DNA of 64,000 nt from Takakia lepidozioides. Taxonomy: Eukaryota > Plantae > Bryophyta. Shown piece by piece: positions 48,824 to 62,056 of this stretch. The stretch covers positions 56,792,001-56,856,000 of the forward strand of contig CM060732.1 of NCBI GenBank assembly GCA_030704615.1. Direction: 5' to 3'. The notes beneath the pieces were generated by a model. The model had not been told where the DNA came from. It saw only the letters and a program-made list of their open reading frames with translations, and ran no database searches. How positions within the stretch are numbered: position 1 is the stretch's first letter; the number at the start of each line of letters is the position of its first letter. A program made the position numbers and the translations under genes.

Positions 48824-51800
48824 TTTCAAGTATGCCATGTTCAAAATACCCCTAATTGGAAGCCCTTTCTGATTGTTTTTTGATGTCTAAATGTGCCACA
48901 CAGGGCCAGTGTGCCAAGTTCAAAACACCCGTTGTTGGAAGCACCCCTCTCAACCTCCTTTTTTATTTAAAAATGGGCCATGTTTGATGTCCAAATGTGC
49001 CACACAGGGCTAGTATACCATGTTCAAAAAACCCGTAGTTGGAAGCACAAAAGAGAGTGCGGCAACGCACACTGTTTGTGCCCCTCTCTCAGCCTATTTT
49101 TAGATTTCAAAATGGGCCACAGGGCCAATATGCCATGTTAAAAAACCCCTAATTGGAAACACCAAACAGTGTGCTTCAAAACACACTGTTTTTGCTCCCC
49201 TTTATGCGTGTATATTGATGTCTAAATGGGCCAAACAGGGCCAGTGTGCCGTGTAAAAAAACCCTATAGTTGGAAGCACCAAACAGTGTGCTCCCCTTTA
49301 TGCTTGAATATTTATGTCTAAATGGGCCACATGGGGCAAGAGTGTCGTGTCAAAAAACCCCATAGTTGAAAGCACCAAACAGTGTGTGTCAACGCACACT
49401 GTTTGTGCCCCTCTCTCAACCTATTTTTAAATTTCAAAATGGGCCACACACAGCCAGAATGCCATGTCAAAGAACCCCTAATTGGAAGCACCAAACAGTG
49501 TGCTTCAAAACACACTGTTTTTGCTCCCCTTTATGCGTGTATATTGATGTCTAAATGGGCCAAACAGGGCCAGTGTGCCGTGTAAAAAAACCCTATAGTT
49601 GGAAGCACCAAACAGTGTGCGTAAACGCACAGTGTTTGTGCCCCCCTTTCTAGTTGTTTCTTCATGTCTAAATAGGCCACACAGGGCCAGTGTGGCAAGT
49701 TCGAAACACCCGTAGTTGGAAGCACCAAACAGTGTGCGTCAGCGCACACTGTTTGTGCCCATCTCTCAGCCTGTTTTTGGATGTCCAAATGAGCCACACA
49801 GGGCTAGAATGCCATGTCAAAAAACCCCATAGTTAGACACACCAAACAGTGTGCGTCAACGCAAACTGTTTGTGCACCTCTCTCAGCCTATTTTTAAATT
49901 TCAAAATGGGCCACACAGGGCCAATATGCCATGTTAAAAAACCCCTAATTGGAAGCACCAAAGAGTGTGCTTCAAGGCACACTGTTTGTGCTCCCCTTTA
50001 TGCTTGTATATTGATGTCTAAATGGGCCACACAGGGCCAGTGTGCTGTGTCAAAAAACCACATAGTTGGAAGCACCAAACAGTTTGGGTCAACGCACACT
50101 GCTTGTGCCCCTCTCTCAGGCTGTGTTTAGATTTCAAAATGGGCCACACAGGGCCAGAATGCCATGTCAAAAACCCCCTAATTGGGAGCACCAAACAGTG
50201 TGCTTCAAAACACACTGTTTTTGCTCCCCTTTATGCTTATATATTGTTGTCTAAATGGGCCACACAAGTTTTGTGTGCCGTGTCAAAAAACCCCATAGTT
50301 GGAAGCACCAAACAGTTTGGGTCAACCCACACTGTTTGTGCCCCTCTCTCAGCCTATTTTTAGATTTCAAAATGGGCCACACACGGCCAGAATGCCACGT
50401 CAAACAACCCCTAATTGGGAGCACCAAATAGTGTGCTACAAAGCGCACTATTTTTGCTCCCCTTTATGCTTGTATATTGATGTCTAAATGGGCCACACAG
50501 GGCCAGTATGCCATGTCCAAAAACCCTATAGTTGGAAGCACCAAACAGTGTGCGTCAACGTACACTATTTGTGCCCATCTCTCAGCCTGTTTTTGGATGT
50601 CCAAATGAGCCACACACGGCTAGAATGCCATGTCAAAAAACCCCATAGTTAGACACACCAAACAGTGTGCGTCAACGCAAACTGTTTGTGCACCTCTCTC
50701 AGCCTATTTTTAGATTTCAAAATGGGCCACACAGGCCCAATATGCCATGCTAACAAACCCCTAATTGGAAGCACCAAACAGTGTGCTTCAAAGCACACTC
50801 TTTGTGCTCCCCTTTATGCTTGTATATTGATGTCTAAATGGGCCACATAGGGCCAGTGTGCCGTGTCAAAAAACCCCATAGTTGGAAGCACCAAACAGTG
50901 TGTGTCAACGCACACTCTTTGTGCCCCTATCTCAGCCTATTTTTAGATTTCAAAATGGGCCACACACGGCCAGAATGCCATGTCAAAAAACCCCTAATTG
51001 GGAGCACCAAACAGTGTGCTTCAAAGCACATTGATTTTTCTCCCCTTTATGCTTGTTTATTGATGTCTAAATGGGCCACACAGGGCCAGTATGCCATGTC
51101 AAAAAACCCCATAGTTGGAAGCACGAAACGGTGTGGGTCAACGCACACTGCTTGTGCCCCTCTCTCAGCCCGTTTTTAGATTTCAAAATGGGCCACACAG
51201 GGCCAGAATGCCATGTCAGAAAGCCCCTAATTTGGAGCACCAAACAGTGTGCTTCAAAGCACACTGATTTTGCTCCCCTTTATGCTTGTATATTGATGTC
51301 TAAATGGGCCACACAGGGCCAGTGTTCCGTGTCAAAAAACCCCATAGTTGGAAGCACGAAACGGTGTGGGTCAACGCACACTGCTTGTGCCCCTCTCTCA
51401 GCCCGTTTTTAGATTTCAAAATGGGCCACACAGGGCCAGAATGCCATGTCAGAAAGCCCCTAATTTGGAGCACCAAACAGTGTGCTTCAAAGCACACTGA
51501 TTTTGCTCCCCTTTATGCTTGTATATTGATGTCTAAATGGGCCACACAGGGCCAGTGTTCCGTGTCAAAAAACCCCATAGTTGGAAGCACCAAACAGTGT
51601 GCGTCAACGTACACTGTTTGTGCCCGTCCCTCAGCCTGTTTTTGGATTTCAAAATGGGCCAGGGCCAGAATGCCATGTCAAAAAACCCCTAATTGGGAGC
51701 ACCAAACAATGTGCTTCAAAGCACACTATTTGTGCTTCCGTTTATGCTTGTTGATTGATGTCTAAATGGGCAACACAGGCCGAGAATGCCATGTCAAAAA

Positions 51801-52690
51801 ACCCCTAATTGGGAGCACCAAATAGTGTGCGTCAACGCACACTGTTTGTGCCCCATCTCAGCCTGTTTTTTGATGTCTAAATGGGCCACACAAGGCCAGT
51901 ACGCCATGTGAAAAAACCCCCTATTGGAAGCACCAAACAGTGTGCTTCAAAGCACACTGTTTGTGCTCCCCTTTATGCTTGTATATTGATGTGTAAATGG
52001 GCCAAACAGGGCCAGAATGCCATGTCAAACAACCCCATAGTTGGAAGCATCAAACAGTGTGCGTCAACGCACACTGTTTGTGCCCCTCTCTCAGCCTATT
52101 TTTGGATTTCAAAATGGGCCACACAGGGCCAATATGCCATGTCAAAAAACCGCTAATTGGAAGCACCAAACAGTGTGCTTCAAAGCACACTGTTTGTGCT
52201 CCCCTTTATGCTTTGTTTATTGATGTCTAAATGGGCCACACAGGGCCAGTATGCTATGTCAAAAAAAACCCCATAGTTGGAAGCACCAAACAGTGTGCGG
52301 CAACGCAGACTGTTTGTGCCCCTCTCTCAGCCTGTTTTTGGATCTCAAAATGGGCCACGCAGGGGCAGATTGCCATGTCAAAAAACGCCTAATTGGGAGC
52401 ACCAAACAGTGTGCTTCAAAACACACTATTTGTGCTTCCGTTTATGCTTGTTGATTGATGTCGAAATGGGCAACACAGGGCCAGAATGCCATGTCAAAAA
52501 ACCCAATAGTTGGAAGCACCAAAACAGTGTGCATCAACGCACACTGTTTGTGCCCCCATCTCAGCCTGTTTTTTGGTGTCTACATGGGCCACACAAGGCC
52601 AGTATGCCATGTCAAAAAACCCCTAATTGGAAGCACATTGTTTGTGCTCCACTTTATGCTTGTATATTGATGTGTAAATGGGCCAAACAT
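48824..52690. repeat. Tandem satellite, ~116-117-bp monomers in a ~233-bp dimeric higher-order repeat
   Basis: Alternating A (CCCTAATTGG..GTGCTTCAAAGCACAC..TTTATGCTTG) and B (CCATAGTTGG..GTGCGTCAACGCACAC..CTCTCAGCC) monomers. ORF starts recur at 233-bp spacing (50838, 51071, 51304). Confidence 0.95.
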
Positions 52691-54144
52691 GGAGTTCAAC
52701 AAGGAGGGTGGCATCAGTCAAACAAATGAGCTTGACCAGCAAGAGAAAGGAGAGGAAGCCTGGAAACGATGCCTTTACAGGTGCGAAATAGACTATGTTT
52801 CTTTGTTTTGCATCCAAGCTGTTTTGTGCTGCCTCATATGAGTGTGCGGTGCCGCACACACATTTGCTCTATCCGTGTGTAGTAACACCAACGTGCACAC
52901 CCTGGGCCCTTCAAGCTATTTTGTGTGCGGTGGTTGCAGTATGCGGTGCCGCATACTCTTTTAGGGGGTCTTCGTGATGTGGTAGAAAAGCTGGGAGACA
53001 ATAGTTGCATTGCATAATGAGGATGTCTCTGTGCCTACAGGTACATAAAGTATGTTCTCATGGCAGAGAACTGCTTGGACAAACATTCTGATTTCGTGGA
53101 CCTGTGGCTAGTTCCTGCTGGCAACCAGACCGTGTTTACTACGGGGTTCTTCCAGGACTGGGGTCGGGATCGTCCGGGAGAGATGGTAAATCTGCCTTCT
53201 TATTCCTCTTCTTGGTGGTTCCCGGATGGAGTTGCATAAGTCGCTCAAATGAATATGTAGGGGCCTGGTTTTCAAGCTTCTTAGTTCCTTGTGGATGTCC
53301 TATTTGCAGACTCGTTTGTTTGAAGCAGTTTGTCTCGTCCGAGTGCATCCACCTACGACTCCAGCCGTCATTAGGGAGTTCGCCATCACTCATGGGGGCA
53401 AGTTCATAGACGAGAGGACAGATCCTCCCACGGATGACATGCACCACAACTACGTAGACAACAACGTGTGCTTGCAAAGGGGGAATGGGGTTCCTTGGAG
53501 AGGGGCCAGGGAGAGGAGCCCGACTTTCATTCAAACGATTGTGGAGTGCTGCACCTACACCGACTCCAGAGTGATACACTTCTCAAGTCCTTCCGAAGCC
53601 CCTTCCCGGTGATATTGATACAGGGGAGACATCCGACAAGGAGCTGGACTCCGACTTTGCCTGTGAGTAAGTTCAAGCTGTGGATGCTTGCATTCTTGTT
53701 TCAATACCCATAATCACTGTTCTTAAGGCAAAGTGCACATGGGAGACATCCTCTTCGTTGGACTTGTGCTTGCATCATTGTATTCAAAATGGGTTTTTGC
53801 CGACTTGTGCAGGAGTCCGTGTGCTTCTACTGACCCTCCAAGGCTATCACACCTTTTTGGACTTCTTTCAAGTCCTCCTCAGTCTTACATGCTACCCGTC
53901 TATGCGGAGGCACTCGCAGCAAGCATGTCTGTTCATGGCACTCGCAGTCTTACCATCGACGGCCGTGGTAGAAGCCGTGGTGTTGGGACCGGAATCTTTG
54001 TGGATGACATAGACAAGAGGTCGATTCTGAATCTGATGACTGTGACACTTGATATCAAGTTTTCTCTTACTTTTGTTCGGGCCAATTTTGTTGGAAGTAG
54101 AGGCTGAAGGCACATGGCTAGAGTTTTTGCAATGATCTTGTAGA

Positions 54145-54305
54145 TACATCAAGCCGGGCCAGGCTGGCTTTATTAAAAGCAGGTTCATTCTTGATAACAT
54201 TTTGCTTGCTCAAGAAAAGCCAGTATATGCGGAAGCCACTCACCAGCAGATAGATATGCTTCTTCTGGACGTTGAAAAGGCATTTGACAAAGTCAAGTGG
54301 CCAAT
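54145..54305 (+). pseudogene. Short L1-type RT fragment
   Basis: IKPGQAGFIKSRFILDNILLAQE..LLLDVEKAFDKVKW. Confidence 0.7.
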
Positions 54306-55270
54306 GTTGCTCGCAACAAGGAAGATTGTAAGGTGATTTAGGATTGGACAAAAACATGATGCAAAACAAATTGTCATGGAAATATTTTATTTTCTAATAA
54401 AGGTCATATCGTAATTTACACAATATATTATTGACATTAATTTACTCAATGAGAGTATTTTATTTTATTTTATTACAAAAGAGGAAAGAAATCCCTTAAG
54501 CATCATATTTGTGATGATATTGGAGGGGAAAATAAATAAATAAACCCTTATGAAGGGCATGAGGCATACACACTGCTAGAATTGGCGAGGGAAAATTTTA
54601 TAAGCACGTCATTTCAAAAATAAAAAACTGTCTCTTAGTAATAACTCAATTATTACATTAGATATTTCACAATTCATGCATCATACCATGGATAAAAGAA
54701 AACATGAAACAAATATAATGTGACATTCAATTCTCCTTAAAAACAAATGTGTGATCCAAACATATGTTAGAGTAAAATGCACTCCTAACCACTTTGTTTC
54801 CACCATGTCTGAAAAATCAGCTTTTATAGTTTTAGTATATCGACCGACTTTTATTTTACTAACCATACATGATGATGAGATTAGCATTAGATTTAGCATG
54901 CATATGTGCATGCAACTTAACAATATATAACAATAAAGACTCATCATTGAGTTCTACATTAACCAACTTCCAATTTTTTTTTTTATAAAAATTCAGTGCT
55001 ACATTTTATGGACGAATATTTGATCAATAGAGAAGACAGATCCATTTTCACTAACCAAGTCGTTTATAGTTTATACCAGTATAGCACTAGCATTCATACA
55101 TGGGCATGCACACTCGTTTCTAAACAAAGAAATTAAAACATGCATAAATTGTTTTTGATCATGCAATCCTTAACCCATAATTGTACCCATTTTTAGATTT
55201 ATTTTCATGTTTGAGTAAATCAATATAAATTGCTCATTAAGTCATATGACAATGAACAAATAAAATGTAG

Positions 55271-56245
55271 TCAATTTTTCCTGCCTTCAACTAAAATAAT
55301 GTGATAACCATGTGTGGATTGGAAAGGAGCACTAACAGATCCAACATGAGTGCAAAAAGCAACCTCTTGGAATGGGCTGGGCTCTTTGGCACGTGGAATC
55401 CAACCAAGATCTCCGCCTTTCTTGGCTGATGGACATTCAGAGTACTCGTATGCGAGTTTGCCAAATTCATTGGGGGGCACATGTTTGCCAGCATCAAGCC
55501 ATCCCAACTGCAACTTTTTGTAGGCGTTTGTGATTTTGTCTATTCTGTCGGACAAAATGTGCTTGACTCGTACATATGTACATGTCCCCATACTATCCAT
55601 TCTTGACTGTCTTCTAGAAATCATGGTTTGCTCGACATCGGACATGGGTTTCTTGCCTTTTTGGTCAAGAATAGAATGAGTTCGGTTGAAAGCCACAGAG
55701 AAAGAAGAGTTGCGGCGAGAGATGGAGGGTCTAGAGGAGGTAGAGGATTTGCGGCGTTCAATGAAAGAAGAGTTGCGGTTGTGGGAATAGGGCGCGGTAT
55801 GGGAGTTCTCAACTTGCATGCTCGAGCGTCCAATGTCCAACGAGCCCCCGAAAAGTGAGGAGCGTGAGTAACGTCGAGCTTCCTCTAATGCAAGCAAATG
55901 CGGCGGCTTATCCAACAAAACTTGAAATTGAGATCCTCTTCTTCGTCCTTCCTCGTATTGAGCATCATGTGCACTTTCGGAATTGTTTTTGTATTGAGCT
56001 TCGTCGCACGTGGATAGCTTGGATGCTCGTTTGCGCATGTAGTGACGATCATCCGTTGACATGTTGGGTGGTCGTGTCTTCATAGGCCCCGGCTCCAAAC
56101 TGCCATGACGTGCTTTACAAGGATGTACGTTCTTATCTTCCTTGATTGTTTCCCACTCCGACTCTCTCTCATTGCGGTAGCTTTTTATGAAAGTTTCTTC
56201 TTTAGACGAAGTTGCATCTCTAACACTCTCTCTTCGTTCCCCCAT
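55271..56245 (-). CDS. PIN4: Parvulin-type peptidyl-prolyl isomerase (Par14/PIN4-like) with ~220-aa Ser/Arg-rich N-terminal extension; intronless, ~324 aa from the first ATG
   Basis: GTCTYVRVKHIL..AYKKLQ.GWL..F..LA.EYSECPSAKKGGDLGWIPR..PFQEVAF..VGSVSAPFQSTHGYHIILVEGRKN matches the plant Par14 C-terminus. Confidence 0.85.
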   Translation of the reverse strand: MGERRESVRDATSSKEETFIKSYRNERESEWETIKEDKNVHPCKARHGSLEPGPMKTRPPNMSTDDRHYMRKRASKLSTCDEAQYKNNSESAHDAQYEEGRRRGSQFQVLLDKPPHLLALEEARRYSRSSLFGGSLDIGRSSMQVENSHTAPYSHNRNSSFIERRKSSTSSRPSISRRNSSFSVAFNRTHSILDQKGKKPMSDVEQTMISRRQSRMDSMGTCTYVRVKHILSDRIDKITNAYKKLQLGWLDAGKHVPPNEFGKLAYEYSECPSAKKGGDLGWIPRAKEPSPFQEVAFCTHVGSVSAPFQSTHGYHIILVEGRKN

Positions 56246-56814
56246 GATGAATTTGATGATACGAGTTGCTTCGCTACGGGTTTTTAACAATCCACTACAT
56301 ACAATTGTTTATCATTTTTTTTACCAACTTTTCAGAAGACACCAACATTAGATAAAAACCAATTTGTTTCGTTTACCAACTTCATTGATAATAAATTAGC
56401 AATGTAAACCCAACACTTAATTTGTCAAAAAACTCTATTTCTTCTCTACTCAATAAAATATGACCAATTGCAATATCACTTGTTGTTGTCGAATGGTTAT
56501 GAGGATTGAACTATTAAATAGTCTTATATATTTGAGGATGAAAATATACAAACCATATGATTACCAACAACAAACAATATAATCATATAAACTCTAATCA
56601 CTTCCATTGAACAATTGAAAAGTTCTCAATGAGTGAAATATTTCAGAGTTCGTCCAACTTGAAGTAAAATTCTATCATTTGTTCATAGGATTTAATCTTT
56701 AGATAGTGGTTCACCATAAGCTATCAAAATCGTTTCACATGTAGCTCAAACAATTGTTTCACCCATCATGACATGGAATATTTGCATGAAATTGCATGGC
56801 AAGAAGCCACTTTA

Positions 56815-56817
<3 letters not shown>

Positions 56818-56856
<39 letters not shown>
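56818..56856. repeat. (GA)n microsatellite
   Basis: Direct reading. Confidence 0.95.
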
Positions 56857-56858
<2 letters not shown>

Positions 56859-57439
56859 TTAGTCCAAAGTCTATCGCCTGGTAACCACCTTGCAACCTCT
56901 TGTCTCTTGGCAATAGGGTTGTTGCATTCACATGAATCTTGTGGTGTCAAGGATGCCGATTTGTGGGTTCATACTACGATCCGTCTTTTTTAAAGACATA
57001 AATAAAATTTGCAATCCAATTGACATCAACGAAATGACATGATGGATGAATTTTTTATTTTTTATTTTATTTCTTTATTTTTAGAAAGGGGATAATAGCC
57101 CTGAAACTTTATATCATGGGGACGAAATGTCCAGGAAATTACAAAGAGGAAAAAATAACCTCTCTCAAAAGTGCCATGGAGGCGATCCAGGAAGATCCTG
57201 CTTTGTAACCAACTATAAGGAAGAGCGAAGAAAACAGACTGAATGTTTCGCGATCTCAAGGAAGTGAAACAAAGAGATTTAAGGTTATCAGGTGATGAAT
57301 CTGTCATGTAACCATAAGAGCCACCCAACGAGAACCAGCGGCAGAAGCATAGGGCTCAAGCTCATAAACGAAAGCAGATAGCCTAAAAGCAGCAAACAGT
57401 CAATAGCTCTCGCGTTTTCTTGTATGAGGAAAAAAAGAG

Positions 57440-57795
57440 AAACCTCCATTGGAGAAGCTTCTTAGGGAACTTCATAGTAGCCAGTATATATAGGAGGCGA
57501 GACTGGACACTCTTCAATCTCGCCAATAGCTACTCTTATTTCCAGTTCCAGTACTCCAGCCCAGTTCCCAGTACTGTAGTCCAGTTTCCAGTATCTGGTA
57601 CTGTAGTCCAGTTTCTAGCATTTCAGTATTCAAATCGAGTTCCAATATTTTGTACTCTTGTCCATTGTTATAAAGATCATTTTGATTCTTGTTTACTCAT
57701 CATGCATTCGGCCACGCCGACCTTGACTTCTTGTCTAGTCTTATATATCTAGTCTGATCTTTTGTTTGTGTTCAGTCATGTTCTCGTCCTTAACA
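57440..57795 (+). repeat. 5'-truncated LTR fragment of the chromovirus family
   Basis: TATA, R and U5 parts homologous to 18310-18675; ends ...CCTTAACA. Confidence 0.85.
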
Positions 57796-57799
57796 TTGG

Positions 57800-60700
57800 A
57801 GGGATGTGGTCGTTCCAGCAAATTCCAGTCCCCGTTGGGTCTTTAGAACAGATGATGGCTCATTTTCCCCAAGTGTTGTCAAAGTTGACAAGAAGCAGAC
57901 TCCCTCTTTTGCCATCACACTTGCAAAGAGCTACTCCCAACATCCGCCACGCCTTGCGGGCCTCAGACAACAGGTTTGAGTGAACCACACAAAGAATCAC
58001 TCTTACATTGCATGATCTTGCGACAAAGACATTGGCACATCTAGCCTTCCAGATTTGCCATAAGGTATGGGCTCTTAGTGCAACCCAGACAGGGCAATCC
58101 GTCCACAAATAACCACCAGAGAAATTGAGAAGCAGAATGGACGGGCAATGCATGGGAATCTATTTCCATTGACTATAAAAAGCCAAAATTTGCACCCAAA
58201 CAGTGCCGCTATAGGGCATTCGCAGAGACAGTGCTCTATGGATTCCGAAGCCTGCAACCTACAAGATTCCCAAATCAAGGAGCCATCGGAGAAGTGGGCC
58301 TTCAAAAGAAGGATTCTATTGACCAATTTCCATAAGAAGCCACTGATTTTAAAAGCCCTGTCTTTTCTCCAAACATCCTTCCAAACACAAGACCAGGAAG
58401 AAGGGCAATCAGTGAGGTGAGACCATTTCAGGGTCCATTTGGAATCCAAAGGAGAGGAGGGCTTGAGAAGGGAAGCCCCAAGTTTCACCGTGTATTTGAA
58501 AAAAAAGGTATGTTTTTTGTCCTTCTAGGACCATTCGCCTGGATCGAATTGCAGGAGAGAAATTGGAGCACGAAGGAACTAATTAAGAAATAGGTTAGTG
58601 TGTCTGCCCTGATCCAACGAAGGGTTTGCCTCTCCTGTCGCCATGCAAATAACCCGAATGGCATATCAAAGATTCTCTTGAAGATGACATTGCACAGGGG
58701 AGAAAAGAGTGCCCGATTCCATAACCTGGAAGCTCCATCCATGGAGGAGGTCTCCAGATCTTGAACTAGCATAAAGGGAAATCAACCGTGATTGCACTTT
58801 ACATCCCATCCACGCTGGCAGGGATCTGATGTTGACAAGAAAGGAACCTAGGGAAATCCAGTCTGAAGGCAGATCTTGAACGAGCGAGTCCCAACCTGCA
58901 ATGGATCTCCTGGATGAGAAGTTGGGGGTGGCTATAGATCTGTTGAGGAGCGCTCTATTTTCCCATATGTGAGAGAAGTGGCTAATGTTGGTTGCATCCT
59001 AGGGAACCCATCGTTTCGAGCATTTTTGGAAAACTTCCGAGTTCCTATTGTTGTTTCCAAAGAGGGTTTGCCTGGAAGCCTCCTCGAAAATGATCGGCCT
59101 TCTTTGAAAGAGATGAGCTCGCATTTTGACCCAAGCCTCCCAGATAGATTTCCATGCTTCTGAGCCCACCAAAGGGGATTTGTTCGAATAACCTCCTTGC
59201 ACCACCCATTTCAAGGAGGGAGGCCACAACGGAGAGGAGGAGGGGCGCACGTTAATGACATATTGTCTTACCAGAATGCCACCAGAAAGGTTGCAAAACA
59301 GACGAGGAACCCATTTAGCGAGGAGAACGCATATTTGAGTCTCCGGATCTAGGATGATGAGGCCTCCATGTTTCTTTCTTAGGGTGATCTGCGCCCAGCT
59401 GACAAGCACCTGTCAGTTTGGTCTGTCCTGCGACGCTCCCCATATAAAATTCCGAATCAAAGACTTGATTTTTTTTATTGTGGCTTTTCCAGGGGACCAG
59501 ACTGCCGAAGCAAACCAATTGGAGGCCAGAAGAACCTGGTTTGCCACCAAAGCTCTCCCCACAATAGAGAGAAGCAACGAGCTCCAATAGGCTAGATTCT
59601 TTTTCAACTTTGCAAGCATAGGCTCACATCTTTGAAGATCAGTCAAGCCGTGCCCAATCTGATATCCAAGAAGGACATGTGATTCTCCATCCTGTAACCA
59701 GCGAAGATTGAGGTTTTGACCCCAAGGCAGGCAATGGGAGGCAGAAGCATCATCTGACAGCTTGGATAAAATCCCAACTAACTTACTCCAATTTACTTTG
59801 AGACCTGATGCTTCGCAAAAAGTGGATAGGGAGCCCAAGGTCCAAGAAACATTACCAGAAGAGTTGTTGTTGATGAGAAGAGCTGAATCATCAGCGTACA
59901 TCGAGTTTTTGATACTGTAAGTAGGTGAGGGGGGGTTGGGGACCCTAAGACCTAAGATATCTTCCTGGGCCTGCAGTAGGTGACCCAAACCGTCAGCTGC
60001 AATAAGGAATAAGAAAGGCAAAAGAGGGCATCCTTGTCTAACTGAGCGAAGGAGATGGAAAGGTTTGGAAAGAGCCCCATTTACCATGGTTTTACTGCTG
60101 GCTGAGGTGAGGAGAATTTTGATCCAGGATACGAAATCTCCCAAGATCCCACATTTTTCGATAGCAGAGAAGAGGTAGTCCCATCCAATGTTGTCAAAGG
60201 CTTTTTCAAAATCGAGCATTAGAAGAGCCAATGGCTGGCTGGAGAGCTTAGCGTGATGTAGGGCCTCATTGACCAGCAAAATATTGTCTAGAATCATTCT
60301 CTTCTTAATAAAGCCCGTCTGCTCCGGTCGAATGAGCTTGTCCATGAGAGGCTGAAGCCGAAGGGAGAGAGCTTTAGCAATTATCTTATAGACTGAGTTC
60401 AAAAGAGTGATCGGTCTATAGTTTTTGATGTCATCTTTATTCCCTTTCTCAAAAATTAGGGTAATGACCCCCTGTGAAAGCTGGGATGGCATAATGCATT
60501 TCCTGAGAATGTCATGTGTCATAGCAAGAAAGTCCTCACTACTTTCCTGCCACATGACCTTAAGGAATTCAACCTGCAATCCATCCAATCCTGGCAATTT
60601 GAAAGAGCTAAGCTTATCTAATGCATCCTCTAGTTCCGAGGCCGATAAAGGTGCCGAGAGGGATAGCAAATCCTATGCTAAGACCAGCGAAGGAAATGAA

Positions 60701-62056
60701 TCCAAAACCGCTTGCTTTGAGATTGAATGCTTCAAGTTAGATACAAGCTTGCTAAACAGGTTTGAGAAATAAGAGGCTGCAAAAGAGGTCATGGATTTTG
60801 GGTCAGAATATGTTTCACCTCCGAGGCTAGTGAAGGAGCTGATCATGGTGGCATCTCGACGTTGCTTAGCCTTCAGGAAGAAGTAACGCGACATCTTTTC
60901 GCCTTTTAAAGACCAGTTGATGCCTGCTTTCTTACAAAGGGAATCCTCTTTGACTCTAAGGAGGTCAGCGATGTTACGTTTTGCCAAGTTAAAAGAAGAC
61001 ATAGTCTGAGGACCCGCCCAGTTTGTTTCAATTGTCTTCTGACATTGGGCCAGACATTTAAGAAGAGCTTTCTCCCTATTGTTCCTCTCTTTCGCAAAGG
61101 AAGAGGCCTAGGAACTGGCTACTTTTCTCACCGCTGCCAATTTTCGAACGAATCTAAGGGATGGGGAATCAAAATCATTACCAGAGGCCCGCTAGGTATC
61201 CTTGATTTGCTGCTGGAAGGAGGTAATTTTCCAGAAAGGCAGGGTTAAGCCTGAAAAATCTGCCCATTTTAGAAATCGCTCCAAGGAATTAGAAGGACAC
61301 CGATACACTAGCATGATCAAAATTTGGGAGAACCGGGCCTTGGACCTGAGGCCTAGCCCAAATGAGGGGGGTGGGAGAACAATACACCCTATCTAAACGA
61401 GCCATACACAAATCCGGTGGCTGGCGGTTGTTAGACCAGGTAAAACGGAGCCCACGATTGTTTTCCTCCAACATGTCAACCAGCCCAACAACAAAGCAGA
61501 ATGACTCCCATGCGTCAGCCTCTTCCAAAGATAAGCAGAGAGCGGAATTGATGAGTCTATCTCTGGTACATTCAACCATATTAAAATCGCCACCAAAAAT
61601 CCAGTGAGAAATGAGGGGGAAGTTCAATACTTTCTGCCTTAAGAAAGACCAGAAGGCAACCCTGTCAATTACAGAATTCGGGGCATAGAAGTTCACGAAA
61701 GCACTTTCCTGAAAGGAAGAGTCTGGAAGCATAAAAACACATTGGACCCGACCTTGCAGCCAAGTTTCTACCCTGGAAATGGAAGGGACCAGAGTTGGTG
61801 AAACGAGGATGGCAGTTCCCCCACATGAGTCAGCTAATGTCGGGTTCCACCAACATGCATTTAGAGGCCAAAATGAAGGACCTAGGGCAAATGAAGGACC
61901 ATCTATTTGCGTCTGATCCAGCTTATGTTCTTAAATGAAAATGATAGCATTAATATTGACCATCGATGAAGCCCAACGTTGCAAACGTCTGTGTTTTGGC
62001 ATAGTTGCTTCCGACCCAATGCCACGTACATTCCAGGATGTTAGGGAATAATTCAT
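57800..62056 (-). mobile_element. L1/Tx1-type LINE ORF2 (APE, RT, zf-RVT), decayed; unassigned upstream sequence to ~63200 may be ORF1
   Basis: MNYSLTSWNVRG..NFYAPN..GGDFN..FTWSN..ARLDR..DH (APE); NYRPITLLN..QTGF..LDFEKAFD..RQGCPL..YADD (RT); FLWKL..ESIEHCL.EC (Zn finger). Confidence 0.9.

Noticed and set aside
48824-52690. CRISPR-like array of palindromic repeats
   Set aside because: Sequence between the dyads is itself repeated rather than unique spacers, there are no cas genes, and the context is eukaryotic. The many short ORFs here are repeat artefacts.
52700-54110. Several overlapping 80-146 aa ORFs
   Set aside because: No recognisable motifs and stops in all frames; probably decayed repeat sequence.
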